The notes beneath the pieces were generated by a model that did not search any database, was not told the DNA's origin, and saw nothing but the letters and a program-made list of their open reading frames with translations. DNA of 64,000 nucleotides, from the NCBI GenBank assembly GCA_964512635.1, contig CAZEJB010000014.1:15704-79703 (forward strand), in the 5' to 3' direction. Each line of letters opens with the position of its first letter. Within the stretch, counting starts at the first letter, position 1. Shown in pieces: positions 57,866 through 64,000 of this stretch. This DNA comes from an uncultured Planctomycetales bacterium (GTDB lineage Bacteria; 4484-113; JAFGCY01). The translations under genes were made by a program, and so were the position numbers.

Positions 57866-58531
57866 GTGAAGGACATCTTGTTTCGGTCGAGCATCCCAAA
57901 GAAGAGCAAGCTGGCAATGCTGCTGGCGGGGCTTGGCGCCTTGGTGTTGCTTGCTCTGCTCACAAACACTCTGGTTCTGAGAAAAAATGCAAGGTATGTA
58001 CCCCTCAACGGTTGGAAAACCGAATCTGAACTCGCTGAAGAGATGCGAAGTGTCAAGTATCTTTCGTTTCCATATAGGGCCGAGTTAGCTAATGGGAATC
58101 TGCATGTCGACTGGTACCTTGGGCTGGGAACGGTATCGAGGAGCCTCGTCGTGGTCCCGCATCACCAGGAGCTTCTCAGTATCTTGGGTAAGAGCTCAGA
58201 TATCTGCTGGGCTATGTCCGACTCGACTTTCGTACTAAACAACAAAGAGACTGCTGCCTTGGCGTTCACGCTCTCTGAGGAGGACGCTGCCCCAGATTCC
58301 ATTGCGCATATCGACTTTGAGATCAAGCAGTCAATGATCGGTAGAAACACCCACCGGGTTAGTTTTAATCTGGGGAAATGCCCCCATGGTGTAGTCCAAA
58401 TGCTGCGAGAAGGCGAAGTAGACCTGGTGATTCCACTGTCAGGACCCAGGGAAGGATTCTGCCAGGTGCTTCTTCCCAGGAATTGCCTGGGTGAGCTGGG
58501 GAGTGTCATGGCCCATTTCGCAGGAAACTAG
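57866..58531 (+). CDS. Low-GC hypothetical protein with an N-terminal TM segment
   Basis: 221-aa ORF starting with GTG. Confidence 0.6.
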   Translation: MKDILFRSSIPKKSKLAMLLAGLGALVLLALLTNTLVLRKNARYVPLNGWKTESELAEEMRSVKYLSFPYRAELANGNLHVDWYLGLGTVSRSLVVVPHHQELLSILGKSSDICWAMSDSTFVLNNKETAALAFTLSEEDAAPDSIAHIDFEIKQSMIGRNTHRVSFNLGKCPHGVVQMLREGEVDLVIPLSGPREGFCQVLLPRNCLGELGSVMAHFAGN

Positions 58532-58604
58532 CCGCCAAGATCTCGGCATTCTCCCTACAGGGTGTTGCACAATTCAATCAATGGTGTATAATTGACACTA
58601 TTAG

Positions 58605-59204
58605 ATGAGTTGCCTTGAGATCTTTGGCGTTGTGACAGGACTGATTTCGGTCTGGCTGACCGTTCGTCAGAACATCTGGTGCTGGCCCACGGGTATAATC
58701 AGCGTTGTCGCATACGGCTACTTGTTCTTCAACATCAAACTCTACGCAGACATGGGTCTGCAGGTGTTCTTCCTCGCGGCTGGCGTGTTTGGGTGGTATC
58801 AGTGGCTTCACGGGGGTCGTGATCGCAGCGCCTTGAAGATTGGACTGCTACCCGCATGGCAGCGTTGGCTTGTGGTGGCGGCTTCGCCTGGTTTGATCTG
58901 GGTGATTGGCAGGCTGCTCGACGTTTACACTGACGCCTCTATCCCTTACTGGGACTCAACAATCAGCGGACTCAGCATACTCGCTCAAGTCCTGCTCGAC
59001 CGCAAGATTCTGGAGAACTGGTACATCTGGATACTCGTCGATGTAATTTCCATCGGGGTCTACGTGTACAAAGAGATTTACCTCACCGCAGGACTCTATC
59101 TGGTCTTCCTTGTTCTTGCTTGCATGGGGCTGCTGCACTGGCAGGCACAGTATGGGCGGCAAAGGAGTGGTCCGGGTGAGCCTGCTGTTGGAGAGATCCC
59201 ATGA
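58605..59204 (+). CDS. pnuC: Nicotinamide riboside transporter
   Basis: EIFGVVTG, W.W..G, LYAD..LQ, G..QW, D.....S, ENW..WI.VD and Y. Confidence 0.92.
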   Translation: MSCLEIFGVVTGLISVWLTVRQNIWCWPTGIISVVAYGYLFFNIKLYADMGLQVFFLAAGVFGWYQWLHGGRDRSALKIGLLPAWQRWLVVAASPGLIWVIGRLLDVYTDASIPYWDSTISGLSILAQVLLDRKILENWYIWILVDVISIGVYVYKEIYLTAGLYLVFLVLACMGLLHWQAQYGRQRSGPGEPAVGEIP

Positions 59205-60220
59205 ATGGTGGCACAACACTCGTAAGGGGCCAGGGGCTGGTGCTAGGAAAATTCATGCCGCCACACCTGGGCCATCAACTGTTGTTTGACTTTGCTCAAA
59301 CGTTCTGCGAAGGTCTGCACATACAAGTGTGTACGTTGCCTGATGACCCGATTGACGGAGAACTGCGCTTTCAATGGGTTAAAGAGATGGCTCCTCGCGC
59401 AAATGTCGTCCACCAGTCAACGGTAGTTCCTCAAAGTCCCGAGGAGCACCCCGAATTCTGGTCGCTGTGGAAGGCTGCGATCCGGCAGCAGTTTCCGGGC
59501 GTAGAGTTTGACTACTTTCTGGCTTCCGAGCTTTACGGCTGGCGCGTTGCTGAGGAGTTGGGTGCTGAGTACGTGCCGGTGGATCGTCTGAGAGCTCAAA
59601 TGGACATCTGCGCCACGGTCATCCGAGATAAACCCTTAGAAAACTGGGATTACCTTCCACCAGGTCCGCGAGCCTACTACTCAAAACGGGTTTGCCTGGT
59701 TGGCCCGGAATCAGTTGGTAAATCGACCCTTGCCCGCAGATTGGCGCAAAAGTTCGAGACCGTTTGCGTGGATGAGTATGCCAGGGCCTTGCTGGATGAG
59801 TACATACTGCAAGGCATTCGTAAGGATGGCGAGGTTTGGCCGGAGGACTTTGCGGTGATTGCGCGCGGTCAGGCAGCCTCAGAAGACGCGCTGGCGCGTC
59901 AGGCTAATCGCTTGTTGATCTGCGACACCGACTTGTTGACGACCTGCTTCTTTGCCAACTTCTTCCTTGGAACCTGTCCAGATTGGCTTGAGCTTGAAGC
60001 TAGCTCTCGCAGGTATGACCTGTATCTGCTGCTGGATAGCGATTGCCCCTGGGTTGATGACGGTCAGCGCTGCATGAGCCAGGCGCAGCGCGACGAAGCC
60101 GTAGACTGGTGGAAGCGTGAGTTGGACCGGCTTGGACGCAGTTATGTACTAATTGGTGGCACATACGCCGAACGGGAAGAGCGCGCAACGCATGCAGTCA
60201 CGACGCTTCTTTCACTCTGA
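59201..60220 (+). CDS. nadR: NadR-type NMN adenylyltransferase / ribosylnicotinamide kinase
   Basis: GKFMPPHLGH, GPESVGKSTL, EYAR, CDTD and PWVDDG.R. Confidence 0.88.
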   Translation: MNGGTTLVRGQGLVLGKFMPPHLGHQLLFDFAQTFCEGLHIQVCTLPDDPIDGELRFQWVKEMAPRANVVHQSTVVPQSPEEHPEFWSLWKAAIRQQFPGVEFDYFLASELYGWRVAEELGAEYVPVDRLRAQMDICATVIRDKPLENWDYLPPGPRAYYSKRVCLVGPESVGKSTLARRLAQKFETVCVDEYARALLDEYILQGIRKDGEVWPEDFAVIARGQAASEDALARQANRLLICDTDLLTTCFFANFFLGTCPDWLELEASSRRYDLYLLLDSDCPWVDDGQRCMSQAQRDEAVDWWKRELDRLGRSYVLIGGTYAEREERATHAVTTLLSL

Positions 60221-60283
60221 GTTTAAGTCATACGCTCGAACTGCATACGGAACAAAGCGTGCTCCATAGAGTAGATTCCAGGT

Positions 60284-60913
60284 ATGGGACAACTCATCGA
60301 TATTTCACGCCCCATCCAGCCGGAGGTGCTCCTGCATCCCGGCGACCCGCGGCCGATGCTGTCGCGCTATAAGGACATGGCGCGCGGGGATGACTACAAC
60401 CTGACCCAGCTCAGCATGGGCATCCACACGGCGAGCCACTTCGACTTCCCGCAGCACATGGACCCGCATGGCGCGAGCTGCGAGGACATTCCCCTGGAGC
60501 GCTTCATCGTGACCGCGCATGTAGTCGACTGCGGCACGGCGCCGGCGGTCACCCGCGAGCAGCTTGAGTACGTGAAGGTCGAGGCCGGCGATGCGGTTTT
60601 GCTCAAGACCCTCAACGGCGAGTCCTCCCAGGACCGCATGCGCAAACCCTGGGTCCATATCACACCGGAGGCCGCGCAGTGGTGCGTCGACCGCCGGGCC
60701 GGCATCGTCGGCGCGGACTATATCGAAGTCGAAAGCGGCCTCAACGAGGGCAAGTACCCTGTGCACCACACCCTGCTCGGCGCCGGCATCCTGCTGCTCG
60801 AGAACATCGACCTGCGAAAGGTCGCTGCCGGCACCTACCGCCTGTATTGCTTCCCGCTGCTGATACCCGGCTGCGAAGGCAGTCCCTGCCGCGCAGTGCT
60901 TGAAGTCATGTAG
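60284..60913 (+). CDS. Cyclase / kynurenine formamidase family, copy 3
   Basis: HTASHFDFPQH, VGADY and GSPCRA. Confidence 0.88.
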   Translation: MGQLIDISRPIQPEVLLHPGDPRPMLSRYKDMARGDDYNLTQLSMGIHTASHFDFPQHMDPHGASCEDIPLERFIVTAHVVDCGTAPAVTREQLEYVKVEAGDAVLLKTLNGESSQDRMRKPWVHITPEAAQWCVDRRAGIVGADYIEVESGLNEGKYPVHHTLLGAGILLLENIDLRKVAAGTYRLYCFPLLIPGCEGSPCRAVLEVM

Positions 60914-60914
60914 G

Positions 60915-61345
60915 GAAATGGCGGATGAAGGATGAAGGATGACGGATGAAGGATGACGGATGGCGGATGACGGATGGCGAATAGCTGATGGTTGATGGCG
61001 GAGGGCTCATTTCGGAGGACGAATGGCAAATGGCGAAGGGAGAGGCGCGTGGAGCGCACCCGGGCAGGCAGTCTGCGAGCTGCTGGGTCATGAGTAGGGG
61101 CGCACAGAGTGCGCCCGGCCCATCGCGATAGGCTGGATTTGGATGACAAGTTGGCCTTGTATCAAAGCGGAGCTAGTCATTAGCGATCCGAAGCGTTCAA
61201 TATTGTTGCCGGGCGCACTCTGTGCGCCCCTACGCCTCTTCGTTGTGGCTCTGCATAGGGTTACCCGTACACGCTCCACGCGCACCTGTATCCCCATTCG
61301 CGTTCCGCCAATTAGCCATTAGCCATCAGCCATTAACCATTCGCC
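60915..61345. repeat. Inverted 7-bp arrays enclosing a GTAG-REP doublet
   Basis: GATGAAG/GATGACG/GATGGCG units; REPs at 61094 and 61211-61233; CCATTAG/CCATCAG units. Confidence 0.8.
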
Positions 61346-61363
61346 ATCAGCCCTCCGCCATTT

Positions 61364-62323
61364 CTACTGTCCCGGCTCGGGCGGCGGCAGCTCGACCTTA
61401 TTCACGGCCCGCGCATTACCCCGCAGCACCACGACCAGGCCGACGACGATCACCACCGCGCCGGCGATGGTCAGGCTGCCGGGCAGCTCATGCAGCGTCA
61501 GCATCGCGATCAGGATCGTATACAGCGGCTGCGTCTGGTTCAGCAGCATCACCTGGCTGACCGGCAGATAGCTCAGCGCCAGCAGGTAGGTGTTGCGCGC
61601 CAGGATCGGGCCGATCAGCGCGCTGGCCGCCAGCCAGAGCCACTGCACGGCGCCCAGCGTGGGCCAGCCCGGCTCAAGCAGCAGCCAGCCGCAGCAGAAG
61701 ATCAGCGCCAGGCTCCAGCCGCGATACAGCACCAGCCGTGGCACGCTGACCGCGCGCAGGGCCAGCTTGCCGGCGACCTGCGAGAAGCCCAGGGTCAGCG
61801 CGGAGAGGATGGAGAAGGCGAAGCCCAGGCCCGACCCGCTGAGCGCGCCCCAGCGCACCAGCGCGACACCGGCGGCGGTAATGCCGATGCCCAGCCACTG
61901 CCGCGCGCTGAAGCGCTCCTTCAGCCACCACATGCCAAGGGCAATGCCGACGACGGCTTCAAGCCGGCTGAGGATTGCCGCCACGTGCGCCGGAATCAGG
62001 TCAACGCTGAGCCAGACGCAGATAACGCCCAGCGCCGAGGCCAGGCAGTGGATCGCCACCCACAGCCAGTGGCGGCGGAAGTTATGCGGGTCGGCGCCGC
62101 TGGCCTCCAGGCTCGGCATTTGTCCGCGGCTGCTCAGGCCGTCCCAGACCGTGTTGACGAGGGCGGCCATGATGTAGGTGATAGCCGCGAAGCGCCAGGC
62201 CCCGACATAACCCAGCGCGTACTTGCCGATGACGAAGTTGGCGGCGGCGCTGAGGGCGTAGCCCTGGGTGAAGAGCAGGCCGGTCTCCAGTTGTTTCGCG
62301 CGGCCTGCGGCGGGTGGCGTCAC
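61364..62323 (-). CDS. EamA/DMT family transporter
   Basis: About 10 TM segments in two repeats; LKERFS and L.HELP. Confidence 0.88.
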   Translation of the reverse strand: MTPPAAGRAKQLETGLLFTQGYALSAAANFVIGKYALGYVGAWRFAAITYIMAALVNTVWDGLSSRGQMPSLEASGADPHNFRRHWLWVAIHCLASALGVICVWLSVDLIPAHVAAILSRLEAVVGIALGMWWLKERFSARQWLGIGITAAGVALVRWGALSGSGLGFAFSILSALTLGFSQVAGKLALRAVSVPRLVLYRGWSLALIFCCGWLLLEPGWPTLGAVQWLWLAASALIGPILARNTYLLALSYLPVSQVMLLNQTQPLYTILIAMLTLHELPGSLTIAGAVVIVVGLVVVLRGNARAVNKVELPPPEPGQ

Positions 62324-62515
62324 ATGAGCAGCATAGCAGGGGAGATGCTGGATGCTGGATGCTAGCTAGGAGCTTTGAGGAGACTCGACGCGGTCCGTAC
62401 ATTGATCGGGATGGAGTATTGCGGAACTTGTGTCCTTGCCTTTTTTCACTAGCATCCAGCATCTGGCATCCAGCATCTTCCCAATTCCTTGCAGTCATAC
62501 TGACATGATGCTAGA

Positions 62516-63136
62516 ATGTCCACAGTGGATACAGTCAACACCAAGCGGAGCTATACCAGTCCTCTGCGCGAGCAGCAGGCCGAGCAGACCCGCGAGCGGA
62601 TTCTGGAGGCGATGGCCGAGGTTCTGGAGGATGAAAATCTCCAGGAAGTGACCTTTGCTGCCGTCGCCAAGCAGGCGATGGTCTCTGAGCGGACCGTCTA
62701 CCGCCACTTCCCGACGAAGGAAGATCTGCAGACCGCCTTCTACTGGTGGGTCAACAAGCAGATCGGTATGGGCCAGTATCCGCAGAACCCCGAAGAACTG
62801 GTCAGCATGCCGCCCGTGGTCTTCGAAGGCTTTGACCGTTATGAGCAGATGGTGCGCGCCCACATGCGCAGCCACGCCGGCGAGGAGCTGCGTGAAAAGC
62901 AGGTCCAGGGCCGCCAGCAGGCCTACCGCAAGATGCTTGGCGAGGTTATGGAAGGTCTGCCGCAGAAGCACCAGCTCGCCGGTTACGGGGTGCTGCAGCT
63001 CCTGTTCAGCCCGCGGGCCTGGGAGTCCATGAAGGAAAACTGGGGACTCACCGGCAAGCAGGCCGGTCAGGCTTCCTCCTGGGCGATTACAGTCCTGCTG
63101 CGCGAGCTGGCCCGGATGAAGGCCGAAGGAAAATAG
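62516..63136 (+). CDS. TetR family transcriptional regulator (start may be GTG 62525)
   Basis: TRERILEA, TFAAVAKQAMVSERTVYRHFPTKEDL. Confidence 0.92.
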   Translation: MSTVDTVNTKRSYTSPLREQQAEQTRERILEAMAEVLEDENLQEVTFAAVAKQAMVSERTVYRHFPTKEDLQTAFYWWVNKQIGMGQYPQNPEELVSMPPVVFEGFDRYEQMVRAHMRSHAGEELREKQVQGRQQAYRKMLGEVMEGLPQKHQLAGYGVLQLLFSPRAWESMKENWGLTGKQAGQASSWAITVLLRELARMKAEGK

Positions 63137-63316
63137 GGCAGGTTAGGATCTGCCTGGCCTGGAACATTTCCCGCTCGGCTGCGTCTGATAGATTGCCATC
63201 ACTAAGGCGGGGTCACGAGCCCCGCCCTTTTCTTTGCCTCGGCCTCTTCCCTTCGTTTTGAATCACTGCGCAGTCTCGTCCACCACCCATTCAAACGCTG
63301 CTCTGCTCGTTTAGCC

Positions 63317-63501
63317 TTGACTTTGACGCTGTGAATAGTTATACTTGTCGTGTGTATAGTAATATGCTGGAGGACGAGCAAATGCGCGAGTACTGTGAGC
63401 AGAGTATCTACACAGGCGAATACATATCCACAGCAGATGGAGGGGCTTATCCACAAAGTTGTCCCCAAAGGGGCTTGTCGGACGGCTACCTCTGTGATAA
63501 T
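63317..63501 (+). promoter_or_regulatory. Sigma70 promoter and DnaA-box cluster (candidate oriC / dnaA control region)
   Basis: TTGACT-17-TATACT (63317-63345); perfect TTATCCACA at 63447; near-boxes at 63330, 63351, 63424 and 63459. Confidence 0.6.
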
Positions 63502-64000
63502 TTAACAGCCCGAGCCGCTGAGGAGAACTATGCGTCGCAGGATGCAGTTTATCCCGAAGCTGAAGTCCTGGGCCAGATTGACCGGGATCCCCAGCAAAGG
63601 GCGGCACGGAGGGTTGAAGCGGGTGAAGCTGCTGCATCGACCTGGCGCCCCTGGTCAGATCCGTCCCTTCAGGCAGCCTACGCCCCCTTCATTCCAGAAT
63701 TGAATGATCGATTGTTCTGCATCCCGGGACAGTACTGCCCCGGTTGTGGAGACTGACTGTGGGGGGGCCGCATGATGGCCCGCGTGACATAAAGCACGGA
63801 TGCTGAGGCCAGAAAGACGACGACGACGCACACCCCACTGCCCTTGCTGCGCAGGCAGCCCCGCGGCGGTGCATCCGCCGATGAAAACGGCCCGCGGGCC
63901 GCACTGGTCTTGAACGATAAGGCGTAAGACGGGTTTAGGAAGAATAGGCAGAAAAACAGGATTGGAGTCCGCTCCTGCGGATAATCCTGTTTGGGAGACG

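Noticed and set aside
63331-63756. 141-aa ORF
   Set aside because: It overlaps the promoter and DnaA-box cluster, has no recognisable motif and no clear RBS. It is probably spurious but not excluded.

Overview
High-GC bacterial chromosome segment. The host is a diderm (lpxC) using the MEP pathway (dxr); the phylum cannot be assigned from sequence alone. Most of the window is housekeeping genes: dxr, tricorn protease, rpoD, rpiB, rfbB, tag, glnA, dnaE, rnpB, ribF, smpB, a peptide ABC transporter, a STAS/anti-sigma/SigB-F-like module, lpxC, rdgB, an EF-G paralog, pnuC-nadR and a probable oriC/dnaA-promoter region at the right edge. The striking feature is saturation with small palindromic and tandem repeat elements: GTAG-, GGAG- and GTGG-type REPs, 7-bp arrays and 9-bp arrays. 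These are not confined to intergenic space. REP clusters sit in frame inside dnaE and lpxC, and a complete REP-flanked RAYT (HUH/Y1) transposase domain is embedded in frame in a SNF2 helicase gene. Inverted REP pairs also bracket low-GC passenger DNA of varied length. Other points: an orphan Rhs-like Cys-rich toxin/lipoprotein pair, a 112-bp duplication of the dnaE 3' end around a foreign gene, and a strict TANNNT-N6-start (leaderless) architecture at 13 genes. All calls come from visual motif recognition; no searches were run, and start codons were re-chosen by eye where the ORF track over-extends.
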